Part shown: in pieces, positions 42,701 to 56,900 of the stretch
Numbering within the stretch: the first letter of the stretch is position 1
How the letters are laid out: each line of letters begins with the position of its first letter
Source: Stylophora pistillata
Taxonomy: Eukaryota
Reading direction: 5' to 3'
DNA length: 64,000 bases
Assembly (NCBI RefSeq): GCF_002571385.2
Contig: NW_019217897.1
Location: 80,847-144,846, forward strand
The notes under the pieces: model-generated
The model's database searches: none
Told to the model about the DNA's origin: nothing
Seen by the model: the letters and a program-made list of their open reading frames with translations, nothing else
Translations under genes and position numbers: made by a program

Positions 42701-45700
42701 CGTGTACTGCAGCGATCGAGGATCGCAATTGGTCGAACGCTCTCATTTTTCAACTGTGGATAAAATGTTTCATGGTAACCTGGTGGGAGAAAAACGCGCA
42801 AAAAAAATCTTGATCGCAAAGAAATAAAAAATGCACGTTCATCTGTATGCAAAGTGAAGTAATAACCAATAACTTAACTATGTGTGTTAGGTTACATGAC
42901 AAAAATTAGTTTAATTTTTTCGAAACATGCATTTCTAATTTTTTCGGCCCATCGCAAAGCGAAAACAAATCTACAAAATGAAAATTTTTAGCACATCTAC
43001 AAATATTCCAACAAAACTTACATGTCAAAAGATCGGAATGAAAGAGCTTTCACATTAACATCGTAAATGAAATATACTATACTGTTTACGTGACCATTAC
43101 CAGGTATATTTCAGGTTTAGCGCGAAGTTTATCCACAAGGAGTAAAACACAATGTTTGTGTCGGTCAAAAACCAATGCAACGGTACGTCGCTGAAATTAT
43201 CGCCTTTTCAGTTAATTGCTGTTTTGGCGCACTTGATGTTTCGATGGCCAAGAACCAATAGGGCTATGATGTGGTGAGACTGGGCGATGGAAATTAAAGA
43301 TTTAAAACTTTTCATTTTCTGATGGGTTTGTTTACTTGCGGAAAAGCTATGGAAAACGAGTGTCTTCTTTCACACAAGAAGAAAACAAAGAAAACTTCCG
43401 AAGAAGAAACAAGCTTCTTCGACATTTTCAATTTGGCGTAAAAAACAAATTAAAATAATAAAAATAAACGAAAAGGAAGGCGAAGAAGCAAAACATTGCT
43501 GAAAGGGCGTCTGTAAATAAATGGTGTGACACGAAACGACGAGTAACGGACGGGTCACTATTTTGGCCGAATAAATCGTGTCAACCAATCACAAAATTCG
43601 TTACATAATTAAAAACAGGTGGGTAACCAGCGATGTACGTTCTCTCGACAATTTGGATTGGTTGGCCGGGAAACGAGTCGAAAAGTAATAAATTCACATT
43701 CGCTACGGACAAAATAAGAGATACGAACTCATTCGGTTCTACCTTGAGGCAATTCTCTCGTTGCTTAACTGACTTGCGATTCCTTCAGGTAGAAAGTAAT
43801 CTCGAAACTCTCCATAAATGCGGAATAAATATTACATTAAGAAGAAAGAGCAAATTCTAACGTTCAATCTTGTTGAGATTAGTGATATTCTGTAGTAATC
43901 GTTAGAAAAACGAGTAAATTTAGAGTCAAGTGATAAGTCCAAAATGCAAAGTATTGTATTAACGATTCGCTCGTGTGTAACACAAAAAAAAATATATTAA
44001 GCACGAGTAATATCACTAACAACATCGGTTACTAAACTGAATTACGTCTATATTAACATAAACTATCACAATAAAAATAAAACGCTAGGAGTAGAAACCT
44101 TTTCCGTCGAGGCTTACAAAAAGAAAAAAACCCGAAAATTTCTTACCTTAAAACAGTCTCGCTCTAGTAGCGAATTGACGAGCCAAAGCGACAGATCGCA
44201 CCATTCCATATGTAAACTTCACCCGAGTCACCGGAGTCAAGAACAGATCGCTTGCGAATGACAAAAATTACGCACAGCACATTCAGATGAGTATTCGGAT
44301 CGATCAAAAAAGTAATTGGTCCGCCGTTTCATTAGAAAAATAAAAAGTTCGTTCTACCGCTGTAAGCTGGTTCTAGCTTTCTTCCGGCGTCAGTCGCGTC
44401 GGGAGTTTTCTTCGCAACACAACAGGACATGGCGTAAAGCTTCGACTCAAGACGTGTCGGCTTTCAGCGGATATTAATGTTTGGCCTGGCCGGTGGATAT
44501 TGTCATCAATATTTGCCTGGGAGTTTGGTTTTTGACTCCCACAAAGCGGTTACGTATATCCAGGCAACCGGTGCCCTCGGAGTAACGATGAAAAAGCCTG
44601 ACCCTTTTGTTGTGAACGACAAAAAAAACCTTATTGTTTACACTTTGCAAAACAAAAACGTTTTTCAGCAAATAAGGTGTTTAAAATGAGAAGAGTTAAT
44701 ATTTTAGCTGGCGTTGGTAATTATTCACGACAATGTAGTCCGCTGCGAAACAATGCATATCGAGAATGGAACCGACAAAATTCATTTTAAATTTGAAAGT
44801 CACATTTCAAATTAATTCGCAAATTAAAGGTGTACGAAACTTTTAAAATGGGAAACTTCGGTGTTGCGAAAAGAACGCACGCCCAATTTTTCGACAGAAA
44901 ATTGCTGTCACGCGAACCAATTCTTGAAAATAAACAAAAGCAGTTTTATTCTTAAAATTCAAAGAAATATTTTGTTTGTTTGTTTTTTAAGTCACAGACA
45001 AATCAAATCGCCAAAGTTATTTTCGTAGAATATTCAGGGATTCATTGGACATCGCCATGACAGCAATAATTCGCAAAAATCACGACAACAATTTTAACAA
45101 GTGTCCTAAGTCAGGCCTTCTAGACACTCAAGTTGGTGCGTTAAAAGGAGAGACGGTACTTTATTTAAGCCAATCTCACACCAACTACTTGAAAACATAA
45201 CAGCCTTTTCTTATGCGACGAGGGGTAAAACGGAATGGTACTATTTACGGAGACCTCGCCATACTACTCTTTTCATCGCGAAAAACTTTTGTCTTTCATC
45301 TTCCACAATCCTCTTTTACTTAACCTTAAACGTGCGAGGGGAGCGCGCGAGAATGACCACTTCAGTTTGCGTTCGTTTGAGGAGAAACGTGCTCAATAAA
45401 TCATCTATCTTTCCACCGCCATAAAAAGGTATATGTCACATTTACTGCTTGCAGTGTTAACAGATTTCAAAGAGTAATCTATCCATTGAAAAAAAGATGT
45501 GTTCAAATTTCTACAATTTCCACCGTAAACGCCGCCATTTTGAAAAACACTGAGTAGTCTGGCTGCCAGGAAATCCAAAAAAACGCTTTGCAGTTACGGT
45601 TAAACAAATGACGGAGAACTGAAAACATGCAATGGTGAAATTACAGAAAAACAGTGTTATCGCAGTCTGAGTGAAACCAGGGCAACGCCAGAAGCAAAGA

Positions 45701-47867
45701 AACTTTTCAGTCCTCTCTCCAGGAGATATTTCTTTATTAAAATTCACCGCCATTATAAAAAAATTCTTATTTTCTCTTTGATAGCAAATTATTTAAAAAC
45801 ATTAATATTTCTCGCTTGATCTCGCAATATTCGCTTATTCAAGATTAATTGTTTAAGAAAAGGTATCTTATATTGCTTTAAGTTATACAATGATTCAATT
45901 TACAAGACCAGGTATTCTCCTCTAAAATTCTTCATTTCCTATATGAAAATTCCAAAAATTCCTAAACCGAAACAACGCATCTATTTGTTTATAATTCTTT
46001 TACTACGTAAGGCACATACTTCTATTCTTTTTTGTCCGTGCAAAAATATTCAGCTTATATTATTCTGTATTTGAATACTCAACTCTGAATTTTAATTAAC
46101 CATATTTGATAGTCTTTGCTATTCAATTCAAGCTGTCACCTGAGTCAACGAGGGCATCCATGCACGAAAGAAAATTTTAAGATTGGTTTTCTTTTCTCTT
46201 TCACGCGTCTTCACAGAAAACGATGCACGCGAATAGCGAACATGCTGATAACCTAAATGCCCTCGATTAAACAAAGTTTATTCAGAATATTTTTGAAAGC
46301 TTGGTAGGCACAAAAAATCGAGGAATATCTTGAGAAGCCAGCCGTCAAACGCGGGTGGTCACAAACGGCGGGAAAACTCAATAAACCAATCAGAAAAAAG
46401 AAGGCGGCTGCCCTAGTTCACTCAGACAAGACAAAGGAAACTCCACACATGTACATAATCTATCTTACACCGTTACAACAAACAATACGTTTTACTTATT
46501 AACACATTAATAGTTCTTTATGCGATAAACCCTTCCGCACCTCGAAACCTGGAAAATCTCATAGTTTTACAAGATTACCCACAGCTAGTCAGCAACAATT
46601 ATAACATATCTGAAAATATTTGGTAACGCCGCTAGCGCGAGCGCGGTAATTTCACCACCAAAATACAAGCATTTACAGAGCAAACTTGGTAGCTGCCAAA
46701 CTCCATTTTGGGGACTCCCAAAATCCATTTTGGGGACTCTGTTGGTTCTCTCTTTTTAACCAGACATAAAGCGATCGCAGTTTGTTTCCATGTAGTGCAT
46801 ACACCACCTGATTTCTATGACCCTTCCCTTTTCTCTAATTTCTATATAAACACTAGCAAAACTTTAAAGTAAACACAGACATAATTCTGTTATGAAAACG
46901 GAAGCAAAACAAACTCCTGGTAAATTAACGAAATCAGGAGACGTAAAACAAAAAAGCTTCTAAGATTAAAGATTACTTCAAAATACGTGACAAATATCAG
47001 TGGCAGATGTGATCCAGACTATGAGCTAAGAGGGGAAGGGGGACCGTTTTTTTATGTGTGTTTCATCACCTGCCGGCTATTTTTCCCTCTCCGTTTATTT
47101 TTTTTTTTACCCAAAATAAGGGGGAGGGGGTGCGTGTCCTTCCCCTAGATCCGCTACTGGAAACCATAGTTATGATGATACGGGTCAATGTCAGTATCTG
47201 AGCAACTGCGCACCATCCCCTCCCATAACTCTATAATAGTCAAGTTAGGGTTCATGTCTGGTTAAGGATGGAGTAGGTGCACAGTTGCCCAGAAACTGAC
47301 ATTCATCGGATATCACTATGATACTTAAAGCAGTTTTCACCACAACACCTGTTCCTGATGCAAGGCTTTAAGCTGACCAATCTCGCCGCCATAATGATCG
47401 TTCAAGCTAGCTTCCAGTCTCCTCAACTGCTGCTGGTAATCCTCGTCCAGATCGGTCCGCAGGCGTTGCATCGAGGCGGAGTACTGGTTTTCTAAGTCCG
47501 ACTGGGTCTCTAATAGATTTCTGTTGTATTGTTCTCGGATGTATTCCTCTTTGGAGAGGAATTCCATCTCTTTCTGATGGAACTCGTGTTCCCACTCCTG
47601 TAGTTGTTGTTCTTTTTGTCTCATTTCCTCCTCGAGGCGTTCTTTCTCGTGTAACAGCAACTCTTCTTTATCGAGCAGTTTCGACTCAATCGCTTCCAGT
47701 TCAGCCTGCGAGAAATATACCTCTGACAGTAAAGCCTTTTTTTTTTTAATTTTTCTCTCAAGGCAATATTTTGAAGATCTAATAAGTGCTAGAGTCGTGT
47801 CGCAGTTTATCATATGGTACTTCATATAGTCCGAAAGAAAATAAGTAACAATTATTCCACAAGCGCT

Positions 47868-47905
<38 letters not shown>

Positions 47906-50900
47906 AGCGGGCTCAATCGTCGTCGTCGTGGTTGCTTAAGGTCTCTAGTAGCACGATTCAATCAGGAAAAAAGAACTTGAGCGCGGTTGCCAGAAATACC
48001 GATTCTTGAAAGCTTCTCCTTGATTTTTCCTGATACAGATAAAATCTTTCTTTCATTCAATTACCATCTTGAATGAAAACAGAACAGCTTTACGGTCCTG
48101 TTAAGTACCGCGACTTTTTGTTGAGGAACGGGCCTCAGACCGGTCGCTTTGATTTTGTTTATTAAGGTGGAAGTCAAAAGGAAGTATGTAATCCTGTGGG
48201 TCCAACAACGGACATGAGGAACCTACACTGATTAGGTTACTAAACATTCCGCTCATTTACCTTAAACTATCCTCTAAAGCGTTCTTCTCCTCCAAAACGT
48301 CCACAAAAGAGTTGCGGTCCTTCTTTTGTTGTTCAAGCTGCTGTAACAGCGAATCTCTTTGACTCTGCAGCACCAGTAACTGACGACCGAACGCGTCCTG
48401 CACATCATCGGAGACTGAGTCCGAGGTCGAGATCCTGTCACGCAACTCCTGCGTGGCAAGAATAGAAATAAAAAAATTTAACTTGACAGAGTGCGAAGCA
48501 AAGAAGGTAACCTCAATTCTCTCAAAATACCCATTCACAACATCGTGAAAAGGAAGGATGCAAAAGATCCGCTAAAGGTAATTTTCGGGTAAAAGGGGTA
48601 CTAAATGTATCTAAGTGAGAAAGTCCAGACTTCAACCATACCGTCGTTTTCATTTTCCATACTCGAACTCCTCCATTCGCTCTTACAAAACGTTTTGGAC
48701 GAGAAGATTAACATACATAGAACTATCGAAGGAAGATTTCACTCAACTATGTACCTCACTCAACTTGTTGCATGTTAGAAAAACACAGGAGACTTTTTAA
48801 AAAATTCCGATAAATTTTCAGGTCTCTAAAATAATTTCAATAATTTGTTATTTATCCTACATACCCCACCCCACCAATACCCAATGCATGGTAAGAGAAG
48901 AAATATTTACCTCAATAACTTGCTCGTGTTGTTGGAGTCTGTCCGTTAGCTCTCCCCTCTCCTTGACCAGTTCGGCGTCTTTCTCCTTGATCACATTCAG
49001 CAGTTTGTTTTTCTCTTCTCTCAGTTCACCTTCCACCCGTATTCTCTCCTGAAGTCTCTCCTGTAACAAGTTCAGCTCCTGAACGGTCTCGTCGTTCTCT
49101 CTGTCCACCGCTGTCAATTGCTGTTCAAGCTGTCTTTTGCTGAGTTCCAGCGCGCGTTCACGGGTTTCTCTCTCCTGCACCTCAACTCTGTAATTTTCTC
49201 TTTCCTTCTCGAGTTCTTTCTTAGTCTCCTGCAGTTGTTGGCTTAGTTTTACTTCGACCATGTTTTTCTGTCGGACCATCTCTTGCATCTGGTTGAGTTT
49301 TGTAGTTAGATCAGACTGCTTCGAGACAGAACCTTACAAAAGAAAAAAAGGACACAAAAGAAGAGAAAATGATTATGGGCTTCATGTCTCAGGCATCAAC
49401 TTAAATTCTTGGTTAATCTTTTTTGGCAATTCGCTTCAATCTTTACTAAGGACGATTGAATTCAAAATTTAAAAGCACACACAACCCACAATTCCTCTAT
49501 TCGCTCCGACGAAGAGCTAACGCTCGAGACGTCAGCTTTTGTAATCGTTACGGTGGCCAATTTACCATTTCAACTTTGTTGATATATTCAAATGAATTCA
49601 AAATCGCAACATTTCTAGATATAAAAAAAAATTAATTAATTAATTAAGAGGAGTTTTACCCTTAAAGCTACTCTGAAGACGAACGAGGGTCTTTTTGAAA
49701 AGAAACACGCGTGGGTCTCGCGCATTTTACGTGCTTTGAACTAACGCCGCTGGACTTTTTTTAACACATATATATTTTGTTAAATTTTTACCTTGTATAA
49801 TGTTTTCTCCGCAGCACATTGATTTTCAAAATTAACCAGAAGTTGGTTGTGGTTAGATTAACAATCGAAGTAAATTTGGAACAGATTAGCTTTCGAATAA
49901 TACCTCTTATTCGGGGCATCAAAGAAAATAATAAAATAAAAAAAAATCTCCATACCTTCGTTAAAGCCAGCACCAGGTAAAACTTCTAGAGTATCAACGG
50001 ATTCTTGTACAAACAGTGGTTCCTCTTGCACAACCTGACGGCTGGAGACTGGGCCGAGGCTTGGTTCCAAATGGGCCGTCATCTGTTCTAGCACCCTGTG
50101 AGTCTCCGTCAGCACCTGAATCTCGCTCAGAAGCCTGTCCCTCTCGCTATTTACCTCAGAAATCTCCTGGTCCTTGTTAGCCAACTTGTTTCTTAATCGC
50201 ATGTTCTCCTCTTCCTCCTTTGCAATTTTATACAACAACGCTTCCTGTGCGGAAGCGATCCTTTCTTCGCTCTCTTGTAAGAGTTGTTTCTTCAGCCGTG
50301 AGAGCTCTCTCTCCTTCTCCTGCTTCAGCTGCGCGGAAATCACCAGCGGGTCATCTTCTTCTCCAAATGCCGGACGTCCTTCACCAGTGTCTGACAACTG
50401 CTGCTCGTAGTAACTCCTTACATCTGCCACTTCTTGCTGATGCTTCTCCAAGACATTCTCAAGCACCTCCATAAATTCTTTTTCTTTGCTGCTGACGGCT
50501 TCGATTGCCTCTTTTTCCAGTCTTTCCCTATCACTCTGCGCTTGTTCTTTCAACGTTTGTATCTGGGCTTCGTAATCGTCCTTCAGTCGCACCACCTCCT
50601 CATTCTGTCCCTCTGAATCTCCGCTTTTTTGTTCATCACGAAAACTTCTAATTTTTGTCTCCAAAGCTCCTTTCTCCTCAGACAACGTCTTGACTTTTCT
50701 CTCCAGTTCTTTCGTTGCCTCGAGGTGTTCAGCCTGAAGTGTTTTCATTTCGCTCTTGTGTTTCGTCTGAGCTCCCGATTGTAACTCTCGCATCTGTTCC
50801 TCTAAATTGCTGGTGTACTGAGAAAGATTCTCTCTGAAAACCTCCATTTCCTGCCCGTGCGTCGCTTGCAGGGTTTCGTTTTCCGATTCTAAGTCCTTCA

Positions 50901-53900
50901 CTCGCTGCACTAGATCCTGAATCGCCTTCTTGTATTGCACTTCAAGGTGAGCTTTCGTTTCGGCAAGCTTTTGCTCGTACTTCGCAGATTCATTGCCCAG
51001 CTCTAACACCAACTGTTTCTCTAGCTCGGCTGTTTGTTCCTGTTGTTTCTGCATAGTTTGTTCGTACTGTGCAACATCACTGCTGTGTTCTTCTTCAAAA
51101 CTCGACAAGTTGTCTTCTAGTTCGGCGATTTCCTTTTGTCTCTTCTTTAACTCGTTCTTCAGCTCGTTAATTTCTCTTGCACTTGAAGTCTTCGTGTCTT
51201 TTAATTGCTCTTTCAGATCCTCTACAACAGCATCTTTCTGAGCAACGACATCTCTCGCCTGAGCTAATTCATTCTCAATATCTTCCCTCATCTTTCCCAT
51301 ACGCTGTTCCAGGTCATTATTCAACGCGACCTGTTTGTCTAAAGTTTCTTTCAGCACCGTCACCTCCCTTTCATGGATTTGTTTCAACTTCTCAATCTGT
51401 TCCTGCCTGGCTTTGTCCCCCTCAAGTCCTGATTCCTCCAGTTGCTCACTCATCGATAGTTTCAGATTCTCCAACTCAGCGACGTGTTTAGAACTTAGAG
51501 CCTGTAGCTCTTCTTGGTGCTCTTCTGTGAGTTTGTCTATTTCATTGGCATTCACCTTTTGAACCTCACGAAGCTTTTCCTCCAAATGGTGCAAATTACT
51601 CTTATGTTCTTCTGCTTCACTTTTAAAATTTCCTACATCGGCGTTTAGCTGATCAATCGTTCTATTCTTTACCAGTAGCTCCTCATTAACTTGATGAAGC
51701 GTTCTATTTTTCTCTTGAATTTCTTCGTTCATACGATCAAGTCTTCTATTCTTGTCCTGCAGCTCTTCACTTGTCTGATCAAGAGTTCTAATTTTCTCCT
51801 TTAACTCCTCGTTTATCTGATCTATAGTAGCCTTGTAGTGTTCCTCGTCTTTCTCCTTTAGACTGTACATTTCAATGATTAAATTGTCCTTCTCCGATAC
51901 TTCGTTCTGGAGATCTTGTATCAGTGATTTGGTGTCTTGTAGTTCTTTGGAAGCCTTATCCATTTCTGACTGTTGGGTTTTAAGGCTGCTGTCGCTCTAG
52001 GAAGTTGAAAAACAAAAAGCTAAATGTTAAACACGAGAAAGCATCTCAAAGAAAGACAGCCCTGTGGCGTAAAACTTGTTCTACTGACTATTGTTCTCGA
52101 TACAGGAAGAAGTTGTCAAAGAAAGTAATTTATTTCGAGCTCAAAACATAATAAAACCAAGATGGCCGATGCAGGAAAAAAGAGTACCGAAGCCCGCGGT
52201 CCCCAGCGGCAAAACCACAACAGGGCGGGTAAAAGAGTGATATTTGAACAAATCCTTCTTTAACAATTATCTCTCAGCACCAGCGTTGATTCACTGTTAT
52301 TTAAGTTCATACTACAAAAAAGGCCTTTAAAAAATATGAAAAAAGAAACTTCCCCAAACTGTTGGTCGAATTTCTTAGCCCTTCAAAATGCTTTACCAAC
52401 CTCTATTAGTTGCTCCTGAAGCATCTTAATCTGTTCAGTTAAGTCCTTAGTTTGCAGCGCAGCGTCTTGTTTTGCGTTTATCTGCTCACTTTCACCCTCT
52501 GAAAGCTTAGTCAGCAACTCTCTCACAGTCTCGTCTTTTCTTTCCATGGCCTCTTGGAGCTCTAACAACTGGTCCTGGGATCCACTCAGACGTTCAGCAA
52601 GTTGTTCAGATTGAGTTCTGTAAGTGGAAACCTTCAAACAAAAAGATTTAAGGTTAAACGTTTTTCCATTGGGGGCTTAACCCTTTACAGTCTAACATCG
52701 GTATACATATTCTCCAAACTGTTCTCTGTGCATTTCCTAAGGTGCTTATATGGAGAAATAGTTGGTTGATATTAGTTGGTTATCAATCTTTAGGGGCTGA
52801 AGGTCAATAACCCAACGGGTAATAAACGCTATGAAAAGAAAAACTACAAAATACTTGCATCGACCCGCTTACTCCCGAAAGTGACCTGGAAGCTATTTCT
52901 CCCCAGTAAATTGAGTCATTTGTTAGCAGACGGGAAGAGAGCATTGATAAAAAAAAATCAACTAAAGGACATGCTGAAATACCACTTACATCATAAAAAG
53001 AACTCCATAAGAGGAAGTAAGGATGCACCCTAACCTGCACTGTAAAGAGAGCTGTTTCTTACCAAATCAAGAACTTCTACACACTTAGACATACTTACGT
53101 CACTTTCAAGCTGTTGAACTTGAGACTTCATCTGTTCATTGCTCTTCCTCAAATCCTCAAGTTCCTCGTCCTTCTCAGCAAATTGGTTCATCAGCTGAAT
53201 CAGTTTCTCATCCCTCTCTGCTATCACCGTATCCAACTCATTCTGCTTGTTCAGGAGCTGCTCTGACAATCCATCTAAGCTTGTCTTACTCTCTGTCAGT
53301 TGCTCTTGTACTGTTTGATAATCTTTGCTAAGTTGTTCAACAGTCTGTTGCTTGATTTTCAAGTTTTCCTTCAAATTTTCCAACAATGATGACTCAGAAT
53401 GCGAGTTATCCTCGAGTGTTTCCACCTCACCTTGGAGCCTGCTGATTTCCTGTTCAAGTTCAGCACACCTGGCCTTGCTTCTCTCAAATTCATTACGCAG
53501 TTCTTCAAACTGACTCAACTCTTCTTTCTTAGATTCTAATTCTTTTGAAAGATCATCCACTTTAGCTTTCACATCTTGCACATCATTATCTCCTCTTTGC
53601 AACTCCTCTATCTTAGCTCGCAGTTCCTCATTTTCATCGCTGAGTTGCCGAACTGTTTCTTGTTTCAGTTTGACGTTTTCTCTCAAGTTTTCCATCTGAG
53701 ATGATTCAGAAAGTGAGTTGTCTTCTGCCAAGACAAGCTGGTGTTTCAAATATGAAACTTGCTGCTCAAGCTCTTTGTTTGCCTCTTGACTCTTCTCAAA
53801 CTCTAGCTGAAGAGGCTGTAGTTTTGCAAGCTTTTCATCCTTTACTTTTGACTCCTCACTTAACTCTTGGAGTTTCTGGTAGCTTTCTTCAAGAAGTCCT

Positions 53901-56900
53901 CTAACATCTGATGTCCCTAGGTCACGCAATCTCTCCTTCAGTTCTTCGTTCTCTTTGTTAAGCTGTTCCATAGTTTCTTGTTTAAGTCGCAGGTTCTCTC
54001 TGAGGTTTTCCACTTCAGATTTCTCCTCAATAGATTGATCTTCCACTCTTAAATTTTCTAACTGAGCTTCAAGTGCAGACACTTGCCTTCTACTCTCTTC
54101 AAGTTCATTTTGGACGTTTTGTAAGCTTCCAAGTCTCTCCTCAAGTTGTGACTTCAAGTGTTGCAAGTTTCCAATCTCACTCTCTTTCTCCCACAACATT
54201 TTAGAAAGTTCATCCACTTTGTGAGAACTTTCTTGTACCTTTCCACTGGCACCTTCGTCTGATGATTTCAATCTTGCAGCAAGTTCACTGTATTCTTGCT
54301 GAAGTTTCACTAACACTTCATCTTTGGATCTTAAAGTCTCTTTCAAGTTTTCCAACTCTGAAAAGTCTGTTTGCATATCACCCCCTAGAGACATCTGTTT
54401 CTTTAACCTTGTATTTTCATCCTCAAGAAGCTTATTTCTCTCATTCAATCCATCCAAAGTCATTTGCTGGGCATTCATTTTTACCTTCAACTCTTCAAGC
54501 TGTCCCCCATCAGGCTTTGCTTCCCCCTGTTCACCTTGTTCAAGTTTGGCACGTAGATCTTGATTTTCTTTGTTTATGTCTTGAAGAATGGACTGCTTCA
54601 TCTGCAAACTTTCTCTCATTTCTTCTACTTGTCTGCTGAGGTCCTTGATTACTGACCCTCCTGACTGATCTTGCAACATTAACTCTAGTCTTCCCTTCAA
54701 CTCAGCATTTTCACGACTGATCTGCTTCAGTGCTGCCTTTTTAGCTGTAAGCTCTTCTTCCAATTCTTGTGCCTTGTTCTTCAATTCATTTCTTTCAATA
54801 TTAGCAATGTCATAACTGTCTAGACCACCTTCCTACACAAGGAGAGAAAAGGCAATACGAGCAATGCAAACACGTCAACTACAAAAGAATCACATGCTTG
54901 CACTGAGCTATGCAACTGCATGATGCAGAAACCAGTACTACTACATTGCAGAGATTGTAGTAAGGTAATGAAAGCTTTCAAAAGATAGGTTCTGTCATAG
55001 TTTGTTTGCACCTACAATTTAACAAATGGTAAACACTACAGTGTACACTATTGAGTTATGGATACATGTAGGAGGTTGCTAAGCACAAAAGAAGCATAAG
55101 AGTCATGCGAGGCAATAGCTGAGAGTAACTCTAGCTTCCTGAGTGCTTAGCAAACCTCCCAAGTGCATCATTTACTCAATAGTGTACACTGGGGTGATTA
55201 CCATTTGTTTTACAATATAACATTGATACATTGTAGCAAAAGAGTTCCGTTTTATTTAACACTGAAATCTTAAGTGACTAAAAAAACAAGCGCATAGAAA
55301 CTAGTCTTTGCATTTGCTCATGTCATCAGTGTTCACTCATGGGTAAATGGTGGACACTAAATTAACCAATCAGAGCACGCTATTTAAGTTGGTTTATACA
55401 GTGCGTTTATACAACAGTTTTAAAATTGGATGTCAATAGTAATCACGGATTCTTTTTGTCTTGCTTTACATGTACTTTGCCTCTTGATTGGTCAGAAACC
55501 TTGTACCCTTTTCTCAACTGATCAGATTCAAAACAAAAACCAATCACAGCTTGGTCATAGGCATTTTCCTCTTTACTTTGGTTTGTCAATGGCTGCTCTT
55601 GACTCTTTCCTTTCCTCTGATTGGCTGTTCTTGTAATTTTGGTTCGGGTTTCAGAACTCTTAATCTGAAAACAATCTCGCTGGAAAGTTTGTTGTTACTA
55701 CAGGTTTTCAAACAGTTAAAACATGTTTCTGTGCCCAATGAAATTCAAAACTCTTTAAATCTGCATTTTAAAGGAAGCACTTGACTCAAAACAATTAAGA
55801 GCTTCCAAACTGATCAATGATATGTCACAAAAAAGTGGAAGAAAGAGCATTTTTAAGCCCATGGAAATATCAAAGGCTCCCTGAGTGCAACCACCAACAG
55901 CCCTTGAGAAATAAAGCATCTTTAACATGAAAGTGAACTCTATTCTACCTTACTTTAATGAGATCTGTGTAACCTTCAAAAATCAAACCAACCTCTTTCC
56001 TTAGAGCATTAATTCCAATGTCACACTAATGTTCACAATGAAGTGCAGAGGCAACACATTTACATAGCAAGTTGCTGTGACATGTTCATACCAAGAAATG
56101 AAAAGCCATTCTATGCTAAGGGCCACACCTTCTGTACCACAATAATAACCTCATTTTCATTCAACTTCTCAGGAGATCTACCCCAGAAATCTACCCGCTA
56201 TATTTTACTTCTGTTTAATATGGTTGCTTCCTTTCCACAAGATTAACCCTTTAACTCTGAGGAGTGATTAACATGTAACTTCTCCCTATAATATCCCTAC
56301 ATTATCCAGCAAACAGGTAATGAGAATACTCAAACTTAACAGGTGGAAGTTGATGTCCTGATGCAACACCAAATTCTTCTTACTAACTTACATGGAAATG
56401 TATAGCAGGTAGAGGGGAGAATTTAAAATAAGATCTTGGGAGTTAAAGGGTTCATAAGCTTAATTGGGGTCCAATAAATTACAAAAAGGCCATGTAGTAC
56501 AAATATAACATTTTCTTAACTACAGCTACTTTTTCACATTCTTAAAAAATTATGCAAAATGGGATGTCATGACAAAAACCAGTAGAAAAATTGAATACAA
56601 AGTTAGATTATTTCACTCTATATGATTATTCAGCATTCAAGCTTAACAACCTACAGATTATGTGCATGCTAGGTTTCAAGAGATTATTGTGCACATAGCA
56701 AGATGCTCTAGGCAGAATAATATTCCCAGACAATTTGTTGGATTAATTCAGTGCTTACTTAAAGCTGTCTACATTTACATCCCAATTACGAGGCCAAAAT
56801 ATGACAAAATGTCCTGTAAAGGTAAAATTTTAATCTACTAAGTTACGAAACAGCTGTGCACACTCATGCATTACAACAATAAGTTAAAATGCTTGAGGGA

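Noticed and set aside
45500-45545. AAAATGGCGGCG as a gene start on the minus strand
   Set aside because: ORF stops after 11 codons; more likely a YY1-like motif or repeat fragment.
22987-54639. Many + strand S/F/L-rich ORFs
   Set aside because: Antisense shadows of E/K/Q-rich minus-strand exons.
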